DNA of 64,000 nucleotides from Polyangiaceae bacterium (GTDB lineage: Bacteria > Myxococcota_A > Polyangia > Polyangiales > Polyangiaceae): the NCBI GenBank assembly GCA_044376115.1, contig JBILLK010000001.1, forward strand, positions 160,001 through 224,000, read 5' to 3'. The notes beneath the pieces were generated by a model, which was not told the origin of the DNA, made no database searches, and saw only the letters and a list, made by a program, of their open reading frames with translations. Positions 10,255 through 19,138 of the stretch are shown here, piece by piece. Both the position numbers and the translations under genes were made by a program. The stretch's first letter is position 1; each line of letters begins with the position of its first letter.

Positions 10255-11676
10255 ATGGGCCGTAAGCCTCAGATTGAAGCTTTCGCTGCCTGGTCGAAGG
10301 AGCGTGGGTTAGTCACGCGTGACATCGATCGGCAGCGAGTGCTGAACGATCTGCTTGAGCTAACTAACAACAAACCAATCGCCGAGGAGCACCTAGAAGC
10401 TCTAACCAAGAGGTATCGGGAGGGCTTGGTCGGGTCACGGGCCGTTCTCGCAGCCCGCCAGATTGGCCTCGAGATCCTCGAGTGGCAGGATGACGGCGGT
10501 CTCGCGACCTTCAACGATTCTCGCGATGTCGCCGTGCCAGCGCCAACTGCTGCCCCAGAAACGAGCCCCACCGGGTCCAATGCAAGCGTTGCGCCCCGCG
10601 CGACGCCGTCAACCAACCCCAAAGCGCAATCTTGGGAGGAGCTGTTTGGCAAAGACGAGGGTGCCACACGCGACCCGCTCGAGGTGGACAAGCACACCTC
10701 CGCAAGGCCAACCGGCTACGCTCATCGCTCACAGCCAGCTCCCCCTCAGACAGGATTGGTTGTCGAAGAGTCCATCCTAGGGGTATCCGAGGCAAAGCTA
10801 AGTCAGGCTCGCCTGGCCCAGACCCCAATCGACGGCGCCACTGGATTTGCGTCCTCGCGACCTCCAAAGCCGGACGATTCCCCGTCCGGAAGCTCCCGCC
10901 CTCCTGGGCTCGGGTCACTGTCGAGCCGGCCGGGCTCGATCCGCCCCGCTTCGGTCAGGCCCCCGGAGAGCTTCTCTGAAAGGCCGCCGGCGCGCCCGAT
11001 TCCGCAAGAGCAGATTGTACCTGAGCCCGCGCGCCCTGCGCTCCGGCCGGGTCGTAGAGCGGCAATTGGCGCAGGTGTGCTGGTGGCGCTAGGGCTCTTG
11101 TCATTCCTAACCAAGTTTCCACAGTTCATTTACGCAGCGCCAGCGCGCGTGGTGAGCGGGCACTTCTCGTCGAATCACCTTGGCGTGCAATGGGAGTTTA
11201 CTGGTAGCTGGAAGCACAACGAACAATTGGACGACACGGAGGGTGTCCCCGATGGGAAACGGCGTGTGAGCGTGTTCTTTCGTGGGGACTCCTCGAGCAA
11301 CTTTAGTGAACTGCTCACCGTAGTTACCGTCGAAGGAAAGACACCAATCGGCGCAGAGAGCGCCAGACAGTTAGGTGCCAATGAAACGATGGGGATGGTG
11401 CAATTTCGCCGCTGTGACCCGTTGAAGACGACGATGGCAGAGGGCATACGCTGCAGTGCTTTGGGGAGTCACATTGGACAGCCCGTCGCGGTGCTCGAGT
11501 ATTTTTACTCGCTTGGTGGAAAAGCCATTTTCTTTCGCTACTTCTTAACAGCGCCAGCTTTCATCCCGAACGGCTCCGTCCAGGACCTCGAACAGCAACA
11601 AGCCAATCACGCTGCGCGTATCGACGATATGATTGGTGCAGCCGAGAAAATGGTTTCCACGATGCGACCGCGTTGA
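10255..11676 (+). CDS. Hypothetical single-pass membrane protein with a Pro/Ser-rich cytoplasmic linker
   Basis: ORF opens at 10237; ATG 10255 preferred. Helical N-terminal ~80 aa, SxRP-repeat linker, TM (AAIGAGVLVALGLLSFL), C-terminal domain with a Cys pair. Confidence 0.7.
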   Translation: MGRKPQIEAFAAWSKERGLVTRDIDRQRVLNDLLELTNNKPIAEEHLEALTKRYREGLVGSRAVLAARQIGLEILEWQDDGGLATFNDSRDVAVPAPTAAPETSPTGSNASVAPRATPSTNPKAQSWEELFGKDEGATRDPLEVDKHTSARPTGYAHRSQPAPPQTGLVVEESILGVSEAKLSQARLAQTPIDGATGFASSRPPKPDDSPSGSSRPPGLGSLSSRPGSIRPASVRPPESFSERPPARPIPQEQIVPEPARPALRPGRRAAIGAGVLVALGLLSFLTKFPQFIYAAPARVVSGHFSSNHLGVQWEFTGSWKHNEQLDDTEGVPDGKRRVSVFFRGDSSSNFSELLTVVTVEGKTPIGAESARQLGANETMGMVQFRRCDPLKTTMAEGIRCSALGSHIGQPVAVLEYFYSLGGKAIFFRYFLTAPAFIPNGSVQDLEQQQANHAARIDDMIGAAEKMVSTMRPR

Positions 11677-11681
11677 GCCAC

Positions 11682-12728
11682 TCAACCAGCCATCAACAAT
11701 AGGTTCTCCAACGCTTGCGAAGCCGCGCCCTTGAGGAGATTGTCGAGTGCGCAGCCAACGACGATTGACTGATTGTGTGGGTCTACCGCAACGCCCACGC
11801 GAGCTAGGTTTGTCCGCGCCACCGACTGGATCGACGCCTGCTCTATCGACGTCACCTCAACTACCTGCTGATCGTCGAGCCGACTAGCCTGTGTATAGGC
11901 ACGTAGGAGAACGGCGTTGCACTCTTCTTGCGATAGTGGCCGCACCAATCGTGCGAAGGCCGTCGTTAGGAGACCACGTTTGAGCGGCAATAGATGTGGC
12001 GCAAACGTGAGGGTTACGGGATGACCCGCGACGCGCGATAGAGCTACTTCAATCTCTGGCGTGTGTTGATGGTTTCCCACGCGATAGGCGCTCACGTTCT
12101 CATCCACCTCCATAAAAAGAAGGTTCTCAGCCACCTTGCGACCAGCGCCCGACACACCGCTCTTGCCGTGCACAAATATGCCGCCGGGCTCGACCACCCC
12201 CTCGGCAAGGAATGGCGCCAGCGAGAGGATGGCTGCCGTTGCATAGCAACCGGGGTTGGCTACGAGTTTGGCCTCTTTGATGCTGGAAGCGCCAACCGCA
12301 TTGGGCAACTGAGGCAGGCCGTAGGGAACCTTGCCCAAGAGCTCGGGATGCGGGTGGTCGAAGCGGTAGAACGCTCGAAAGCTCTCTTGGTCGAGCAGAC
12401 GAAAGGCTCCCGATAAGTCGACCACGCGAGCACCATGGGTCACGAGGTGCGGCGCAAGCTCGGCAGAAACCTCCGCCGGAGTCGCCAGGGCAACGAAGTC
12501 GGCCTCACGGAAGGAGTCTGGAGCCTCCGCTTGAGCCCGCACGACGCGCTCGAGTGGAAGGGATGATGCCCCCGGATCTCCGAGCGGGAGAAGGTTGCGT
12601 AAAGGCTCGCCGCGAGCCCGGTCTGAGTAGGCGGCAGTGACGTCAAATGAGGGGTGGCTTGCGAGCAGCCTAAGCAGTTCAAGACCCGAATAGCCACTAA
12701 CACCTACGATGGCCACTTTAGAGCGCAT
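11682..12728 (-). CDS. argC: N-acetyl-gamma-glutamyl-phosphate reductase
   Basis: KVAIVGVSGYSG, DLSGAFRL, catalytic ANPGCY, SGVSGAGR, HQHTPEI, DNLLKGAASQA. Confidence 0.96.
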   Translation of the reverse strand: MRSKVAIVGVSGYSGLELLRLLASHPSFDVTAAYSDRARGEPLRNLLPLGDPGASSLPLERVVRAQAEAPDSFREADFVALATPAEVSAELAPHLVTHGARVVDLSGAFRLLDQESFRAFYRFDHPHPELLGKVPYGLPQLPNAVGASSIKEAKLVANPGCYATAAILSLAPFLAEGVVEPGGIFVHGKSGVSGAGRKVAENLLFMEVDENVSAYRVGNHQHTPEIEVALSRVAGHPVTLTFAPHLLPLKRGLLTTAFARLVRPLSQEECNAVLLRAYTQASRLDDQQVVEVTSIEQASIQSVARTNLARVGVAVDPHNQSIVVGCALDNLLKGAASQALENLLLMAG

Positions 12729-12781
12729 GCTGCCTGCGATAATCGGAGAACCGGTTGCGCACAAAGCGTTATCTTCGAGAC

Positions 12782-14440
12782 ATGGTCTATCGTGCTTTTC
12801 TTTTGCTGGCAGTCACTGCTGCTTGCTCCGACTCGGGCAACGCGGGTGGGGGTGAAGGTGGAGCTGGAGCATCTTCAGGTCCGGGGGCTGGAGCCGGCCC
12901 GGCAGGCGTTGGTGGCGGCGTCCAGCCTCCCGCGCCGGCTTGCAGCGCAGCTGACCCGCCAGGCAGTCCCGAGGTAGCCTTACCGACTGTTACCCACGAG
13001 CTGTTCGATGACTGGCGCGAATCGTGGAGCGCCTCTCCCGCTGCCGTGGATCTCGATGGCGACGGTGTGACGGAGATCATCGCGTCGCGCGCTGGGCGAG
13101 TTGTCGCGTGGCATGCGGCTGGCGAGGTTGTCTGGTCTGCTGACGTGGAAGGCCGATGTTGGTCTTCCCCAGTGGTTGCAGATCTGCGGGCCGACTTACC
13201 TGGTATTGAGGTAGCTCAAGCCTCTGGCGACAAGATCTATCTCTTTTCGGCGGCTGGCGAGCTCGCATCAGGCTTTCCATTCACCTTCCGTGGCGAGCTA
13301 CGCAGCTTGGCTGCGGGAGATATTGATGGCGACGGTGAGCTTGAACTGGTTAGCGTTACGACTCAAAATCTAGAGGCCAATGGGCAACGCGATATATTGA
13401 TTGCGGTCAACCCGAATGGTTCACCCGTCACGGGCTTTCCGCCCAACACGAGCGGAGCATCAGGCTGCGATGACGCTTGCTATGTTTATAACGGCTACGA
13501 TCAGAACGTAGCGCTCGGCGATGTCGATGGGGATGGCATCAGCGACGTATTTGCTACCCAGGATAACGCCTATAATTCGCTGCATCGTGGAACGGGGGAG
13601 GCCTTCGATTGCGCTGGCATCTTCAATGGCAGGACGAAGTTCCTGGGAGTGCGTAACCTCCATAACTACGCTGAGGCGCAGCAAGGCTACGCTGAAGACG
13701 AGGCTACGGCGCTCCAGGCGCACCACACGAACACGGCTCCGGCGCTAGCAGACCTTGACGGAGACGGTGTCGCCGAGTTGGTTTTCCTTGCCTCGGTGCA
13801 GAACGCAGCCCAGGACGATCGCGAGCAAGGGGTGGCCCTTTGGGTATTGAAGCCAGACGGAACTCGACCGACCGAATGGCTCGAGCCGCTCCACTTTGAC
13901 GAGTACCTGAGCGGACTCTGGGACTACGGCGAAACCAATATCGTAGCGATCACGAACCAAGTGAGCGTGGCCGAACTCGATCCGGACCGAGCTGGCCCAG
14001 AGCTGGTCTTTGCTGGCTTCGACGGGAGGATTCACGCGGTGGATTCGAGGCGCAACGTGTTGTGGAGCGTCGCTTATACACAGAGTGACGTAGTCGCGAC
14101 TGGCGGCGTCGTGATCGGCGATCTGTCGGGGGACGGAGCGCCAGAAATTGTGTTCGCGACCTACTCGACCGAGGTCGGGTTCGGAGAGTTGTTCGTGCTG
14201 GATGGCGGCGGCAATCTCCTGCACCGAGTCCCTTTGCCCGGTCGCGGGGCGATGCCCGTTCCGACCCTCGCAGACGCTGACAACGATGGCTCAGTCGACA
14301 TTGTCGTCAGTCTGAAGGACTCCGCCGACGGAGCTCCGCAGGTCCTGGTGTTCGGCGTGTCCAGTGCACGTGAGAATTGTCTTTCGTGGCCGACCGGGCG
14401 AGGTAACACTCTGCGCAATGGATACCTCCCTCCAGGGTAA
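12782..14440 (+). CDS. FG-GAP/VCBS repeat lipoprotein
   Basis: Lipobox TAA-C, Gly-rich linker, repeated Ca-binding DxDGDG motifs (DLDGDG, DIDGDG, DVDGDG, DLSGDG, DADNDG). Confidence 0.88.
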   Translation: MVYRAFLLLAVTAACSDSGNAGGGEGGAGASSGPGAGAGPAGVGGGVQPPAPACSAADPPGSPEVALPTVTHELFDDWRESWSASPAAVDLDGDGVTEIIASRAGRVVAWHAAGEVVWSADVEGRCWSSPVVADLRADLPGIEVAQASGDKIYLFSAAGELASGFPFTFRGELRSLAAGDIDGDGELELVSVTTQNLEANGQRDILIAVNPNGSPVTGFPPNTSGASGCDDACYVYNGYDQNVALGDVDGDGISDVFATQDNAYNSLHRGTGEAFDCAGIFNGRTKFLGVRNLHNYAEAQQGYAEDEATALQAHHTNTAPALADLDGDGVAELVFLASVQNAAQDDREQGVALWVLKPDGTRPTEWLEPLHFDEYLSGLWDYGETNIVAITNQVSVAELDPDRAGPELVFAGFDGRIHAVDSRRNVLWSVAYTQSDVVATGGVVIGDLSGDGAPEIVFATYSTEVGFGELFVLDGGGNLLHRVPLPGRGAMPVPTLADADNDGSVDIVVSLKDSADGAPQVLVFGVSSARENCLSWPTGRGNTLRNGYLPPG

Positions 14441-16424
14441 CCCCCTCCTCTCGCTCACCCCTCCCTTCGACTTCACTAGGATCAACGCCGGCAGCGTTGT
14501 GCCCGCGATTACAGCGCTGACAGCGTCGGCTCGCGAGGCGGTCAACCAGATAGCCAATCAACAGGCCGAACTTAGCTACGAGTCGACGCTTGGGACTCTC
14601 GAAGCAGCGACCTACCCGCTGGAGAAGGCGGCGATGGTCTGCGAGCACCTGGAGGGCGCCGCGAACTCGCCCGAGTTGAGGGAGGCGTGGGGCATCGCGC
14701 AACCCATGGTGAGCGCGTTCTGGTCGGAGCTGCCTCTTCACGAAGGGCTCTTTCAGGTGCTCTCGCGCTTCTCCACGAGCAGCGCCGCCAAAGAGCTAAC
14801 GCCGGTGCGGCTGCGCCACCTCGAGAAGACGCTCGATGAGTTTCGCCGCCACGGTGCAGAGCTCTCGCCAGAAGGAAAGAAGAACCTCACCGAGATCGAC
14901 GTAGAGCTGTCCCGCCTTACTACCAAGTTCTCTCAGAACGTCCTGGACGCAACCAACGCCTTCGAGTTGACGATCGAGGATGAGGCTCGGCTCGCTGGGC
15001 TACCGCCGCTCGCAAAACAAGCTGCACGAGCAAGCGCAGAGGCCAAAGGTCTCGCGGGGTATCGCTTTACGCTTCATGCTCCGAGCTTGATCCCGGCGCT
15101 GACGTACTTGGAGGACCGCGAGCTGCGAGAGACGCTCTACCGCGCCCACAATGAGCGGGCGGCCTCAGGCGAGTTCGACAACCGCGCCCTCATCCGGCAG
15201 ATCCTTGGACTGCGGAAACAGCGCGCAGTCTTGTTGGGTTTCGAGACCTTTGCTGATCTCGTGACGCAGGATCGCATGGCGAAGTCGAGCAGCCGGGCTC
15301 GCGCCTTCGTCGAACGATTGCGCGAGCAGACGAGAGCGTCCTTCGCTGAAGACAAGGCGGCTCTGAGCCAATTCGCGGGCTTCCCGCTCATGCCCTGGGA
15401 TGTGGCCTTCCAATCGGAGCGGCTTCGGAGGGAGCGCTTTGACTTTGATGAGGAGCAACTGCGGCCCTACCTCCCGCTCGAAACGGTTCTGTCAGGCGCC
15501 TTCGCAACCTTCGAGCGGCTCTACGGAGTCACCTTCGAGCCTGCAGAGCTACCGACCTGGGATAGCTCAGTGCGCCCCTTCCTCCTGAAGGACGGCTCAG
15601 AACTACTTGCTCACGTGTATGTAGACCTTTTCCCTCGCGAGAACAAAACGCAAGGCGCGTGGATGGCGCCGCTGCAAACGGGGGTCGAGGGTCAGCCTCA
15701 CGTCGCGGTCGTGGCAGCGAACTTCACCCCACCCGTCGGCAACACGGCAGCATTGCTCACCCATCGTGAGGTCGAAACGCTGTTCCACGAGCTCGGCCAC
15801 TTGATGCATCAGTGTTTGAGTAAGGTGCCCGTGCGAAGGCTCGCAGGCACGAATGTCGCGTGGGACTTTGTCGAGTTGCCCAGCCAGATCATGGAGAACT
15901 GGACATGGGAGCGCGCAGCGATCGATCTGTTCGCGCGGCATCACCAGACGGGTGCTGCGATTCCAGACGAGCTGTTTGACAAGATGATGCGCGCGCGCAC
16001 CTACCGGGCAGCGAGCTTGCAGATGCAACAGCTCGGCTATGCAGAACTCGATCTGCAGCTCCACACCAGCTTCGATCCCGAGTCGAGTGAGGATCCAGTC
16101 GAGCGAGCACGCAGTATTCTCGCGGAGCATGTGACCGCGCCGTTACCACTCAGCTTCGCCATGGTTGCCTCTTTCGGGCATTTGTTCGGAAGCGCGGTTG
16201 GCTATGCAGGCGGCTACTACTCGTACAAATGGGCTGAAGTTCTGGACGCAGACGCGTTCGACCGGTTCAAGAGCGAAGGCCTCTTTAGTCGCGAGGTTGG
16301 GAAAGCGTTTCGCGATTGCTTGCTAAGCCAAGGAGACGCTTCAGATCCTGAGGTCCTCTTCCGCAGTTTCCGTGGCCGCGACCCCGAGATGAAGCCGTTG
16401 CTCACGCGACTAGGGCTCGCCTGA
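14418..16424 (+). CDS. prlC: M3 family metallopeptidase (oligopeptidase A)
   Basis: NPLL N-terminus, TLFHELGH zinc motif, WDFVELPSQ, YAGGYYSYKWAEVLDAD, FRGRDP. Confidence 0.95.
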   Translation: MDTSLQGNPLLSLTPPFDFTRINAGSVVPAITALTASAREAVNQIANQQAELSYESTLGTLEAATYPLEKAAMVCEHLEGAANSPELREAWGIAQPMVSAFWSELPLHEGLFQVLSRFSTSSAAKELTPVRLRHLEKTLDEFRRHGAELSPEGKKNLTEIDVELSRLTTKFSQNVLDATNAFELTIEDEARLAGLPPLAKQAARASAEAKGLAGYRFTLHAPSLIPALTYLEDRELRETLYRAHNERAASGEFDNRALIRQILGLRKQRAVLLGFETFADLVTQDRMAKSSSRARAFVERLREQTRASFAEDKAALSQFAGFPLMPWDVAFQSERLRRERFDFDEEQLRPYLPLETVLSGAFATFERLYGVTFEPAELPTWDSSVRPFLLKDGSELLAHVYVDLFPRENKTQGAWMAPLQTGVEGQPHVAVVAANFTPPVGNTAALLTHREVETLFHELGHLMHQCLSKVPVRRLAGTNVAWDFVELPSQIMENWTWERAAIDLFARHHQTGAAIPDELFDKMMRARTYRAASLQMQQLGYAELDLQLHTSFDPESSEDPVERARSILAEHVTAPLPLSFAMVASFGHLFGSAVGYAGGYYSYKWAEVLDADAFDRFKSEGLFSREVGKAFRDCLLSQGDASDPEVLFRSFRGRDPEMKPLLTRLGLA

Positions 16425-16505
16425 GTCTGGCAACTGCAACTGGACTGACTGCGACTGGTGGCTGATAGACTCCGCGCTCTTTCGAGCAAGGAATGCGAGG
16501 ACGAT

Positions 16506-17102
16506 ATGATGACAATCGGCAATGCTGTTTCGTGGATGCGTTCGGAGATGAGTCAAGCGGAGACGGCCAAAGCGGAAGCCGCACAACCGATCGACGACGC
16601 ACAGTCGAAGGAGATCTTCCAAGCGGCGCAGAGCTCGATCGACGCGTCCATGAAGGAGGTATCCGAGCGGCTTGCCGACGTAGCGGCGAAGGAACGCTCT
16701 GAGGCCAACGCGCGTAAGCAGGCCATCTTCGACACGATCTACCTAATTGCAGCGGCAGATGGGTCGATCACCGCGCTCGAGCGAGCCAAGCTCGTGCTCG
16801 GGATCCAAGGGTTGCTTGGAGACGGCGCCGATGAGGCCACGATTGACGATGGGCTGTCGATGGCTCGGGTGTTGCGCGACGAGAAGGGGCTCGCAGGAGC
16901 CGCCGCACACGTTGCTTCGGTCATCAGCGAAGAGTTCGAGCGCTATGCGCTACTCTCCATTGGGTCGACGGTCGCGTGGCTTGGCGGCGGAGTCGGTGCC
17001 AAGGAGGGCGCTGCACTGCAGGCTGTCAGCGGAGCTTTTGGCGTCCCGATCAAGGTGCTTCATCAGATCATGGCGAGCGCCGCTGCTGTAGCCAAGCGCT
17101 AG
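16506..17102 (+). CDS. TerB-like protein
   Basis: IAAADGSITALER TerB-type motif and helical C-terminal half. Start uncertain (16458, 16506 or 16548). Confidence 0.6.
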   Translation: MMTIGNAVSWMRSEMSQAETAKAEAAQPIDDAQSKEIFQAAQSSIDASMKEVSERLADVAAKERSEANARKQAIFDTIYLIAAADGSITALERAKLVLGIQGLLGDGADEATIDDGLSMARVLRDEKGLAGAAAHVASVISEEFERYALLSIGSTVAWLGGGVGAKEGAALQAVSGAFGVPIKVLHQIMASAAAVAKR

Positions 17103-17152
17103 ATCAGCGAGGGCTTGTCGTCATGCACGGCAGGCCCACTCTCCTTGCTGGC

Positions 17153-18298
17153 CTACTTCTTCTTGGGCTTGGCTTTGGACGCTGTCTTCTTCTTTTTCGA
17201 GCTGGCCGATGACGCGGGGGGAGCGACGAGGGCCGACTTGGTCGACTCTGCGTTCTTCTTTGCGGGCTCCACCTTCTTTGCCGCCTGTCCTTTGGGGCCA
17301 TTCCAGCGCTTCTTGAGGAACGACTTCACGACGTCGCGCATCAACCCAATGTGCGCGCAGTGGTCCATCTTGTCGTTTCCGTCAAAGCCACGCGCATGGA
17401 AGTTTCCAGCGTCGAACTTGGAGTTCAGCTCGAGCCCCATCGGGTCTCCCTTGCGAGGCTTCTGTGCTTTGGGACGGCCGCCCAACTCGTGAATGAGGTA
17501 GTTCACTGTCTCGGTCGTGCTGGCGTAGTCGGGCGGAATGATCGACGAGTGCGAGACATACATGAAGCGCTTGCCGGCCTTCGCTCGCTTGGCAAATGCG
17601 ATGAAAGGCCCGAGGCTGAGTTCGTCGAGCGTGCCATCAGGGTTGTAGCTCGCGTGCAGGCCGTCGAGCAGAATGACCGAGTCCGCGAGGTCCTTGCCGT
17701 AGTCGGAGCGCAAGATCGATTTGACGGCGCCGTACCCAGCGCTCCACGCGGACAAGCCGACCTTGCGAACCTTCGCGCTCTTGAGCCCGCGAACTTTGGC
17801 GACCTCGGCCTCGACGCTAGCCACAAGCTCCTTGAAGACCTTCGGGTCAGCGAACGTCTGCTCGTAGACGCCTGAGCCGATGCCCAAAGTGATGCCAACG
17901 AGAACGGCACCGTCTGCGACTTGCACCCATTCCCGACGCATCGGGTCGTGCCCATGAAAATGGAACACCACGTCGAACTTGCCGTCTTTGGTCACGCCAC
18001 CGCGACCCGGCATCACCATCTGACCGATCGAAGGTCCGCGGTTCCAGCCCTGATAGATGCCAGGCGACGGCTCTTTGGTGTTGCAGGGGTTCACCCCGCC
18101 ACGCTCATCAACCGTCTTTTGGGTCTGCGTCTTCTCGGATGGTTTTGCCGGGACAAAAGCTTTCTTCTCGTCGGCATGCGAAAGAGTGGGGCGAGCTGTT
18201 GCCACAAGCAGCAACGCCAACGCGCTAACGATTGCAACGAACACACGACGTGCGTTCCACATCGTTTCGGCTGTTGCGCGAGTCATGGCCGGGCTCAT
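17153..18298 (-). CDS. Secreted alpha/beta-hydrolase-like protein with a Lys-rich tail
   Basis: Signal peptide ending SHA-D; FHFHG; nucleophile elbow LSAWSAG; ILLDGLH; DHCAH; tail KKKKTASKAKPKKK. Confidence 0.7.
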   Translation of the reverse strand: MSPAMTRATAETMWNARRVFVAIVSALALLLVATARPTLSHADEKKAFVPAKPSEKTQTQKTVDERGGVNPCNTKEPSPGIYQGWNRGPSIGQMVMPGRGGVTKDGKFDVVFHFHGHDPMRREWVQVADGAVLVGITLGIGSGVYEQTFADPKVFKELVASVEAEVAKVRGLKSAKVRKVGLSAWSAGYGAVKSILRSDYGKDLADSVILLDGLHASYNPDGTLDELSLGPFIAFAKRAKAGKRFMYVSHSSIIPPDYASTTETVNYLIHELGGRPKAQKPRKGDPMGLELNSKFDAGNFHARGFDGNDKMDHCAHIGLMRDVVKSFLKKRWNGPKGQAAKKVEPAKKNAESTKSALVAPPASSASSKKKKTASKAKPKKK

Positions 18299-18397
18299 CC
18301 TGCGTGCACCAAGGTCAACGCATTCCCGTTACTGCGAAATCAGCCGGATAGCAAAACACCGGTCTTGGACGGTCTCCGCCCGAATTCCATGCAACCC

Positions 18398-19090
18398 TCA
18401 CACGAACTCAAGGTCGAACCCTCGCTCCGAGAGCGATGCGTAGGCTGCACGGTCGAAGCGGAACAACTGGGCAGGTCGGCGACCAACGTTTTGTTCATGC
18501 TCATCGGTCGGGAGCAGGAGGCCGGTCGCCGTGATTCGCTTCCTAAAGTTTCGCTTGTCGAGTTGGCGGCCGAGGATCGCCTCGTACATGCGTTGCAACT
18601 GCGTAAGACTGAAGGCGGCTGGCAATAGGTCGAAGCCCACCGGGTGTCGCCGCAGTTTGGTGCGTAGCCGAAGTGAAGCCTCCTGAACGATGACGGTGTG
18701 ATCGAACGCCAAGTCGGGAAGGGCATCCGCTGCGAACCAGTCGGCGCGGACAGCGTCGGTGGCTGGTCGAAGTGCGTAGCCCGCAGGGTTCACAAGCGCG
18801 AAATAGGCCACTGAAACCACCCGCTCGCGAGGGTCCCGGTCCAGGGCGCCGAAGGTGTGGAATTGTTCCAGATACGAGATCGTAACGCCCGCTTCTTCCC
18901 GCAATTCACGGCGCGCGGCAGCGTCAAGTGTCTCGTCGATCCGAACGAAGCCGCCAGGCAATGCCCAGCGTCCACGATAGGGCTCGAGCGCACGCTCGAT
19001 GCACAGCACCTTCAAGACGCTGTTGATGAGGCCGAAAACCACGCAATCGACGGCAATCGCAGGGCGCGCGAACTCGTAGGTGAGTGCCAT
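18398..19090 (-). CDS. nrtR: NrtR family Nudix-related transcriptional regulator
   Basis: Nudix box GGFVRIDETLDAAARRELREE, RDPRER, LAFDH, C-terminal wHTH (FSLTQLQ..YE, DKRNFRKR, RPAQLF). Confidence 0.92.
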   Translation of the reverse strand: MALTYEFARPAIAVDCVVFGLINSVLKVLCIERALEPYRGRWALPGGFVRIDETLDAAARRELREEAGVTISYLEQFHTFGALDRDPRERVVSVAYFALVNPAGYALRPATDAVRADWFAADALPDLAFDHTVIVQEASLRLRTKLRRHPVGFDLLPAAFSLTQLQRMYEAILGRQLDKRNFRKRITATGLLLPTDEHEQNVGRRPAQLFRFDRAAYASLSERGFDLEFV

Positions 19091-19117
19091 CGTCTTGAGC
19101 GCAGAAAACGCGCGGAT

Positions 19118-19130
19118 AATGTACTACATT
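19118..19130. promoter_or_regulatory. Perfect palindrome AATGTA-C-TACATT giving a TACATT -10-like hexamer on both strands
   Basis: Seen directly in the 48-bp gap between divergent nrtR and the amidinotransferase-fold gene. Function is inferred. Confidence 0.5.
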
Positions 19131-19138
19131 CCGGGCCG

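Noticed and set aside
18857..19138. N-terminal extension of the amidinotransferase ORF
   Set aside because: Overlaps nrtR on the opposite strand; family similarity begins at ATG 19139.
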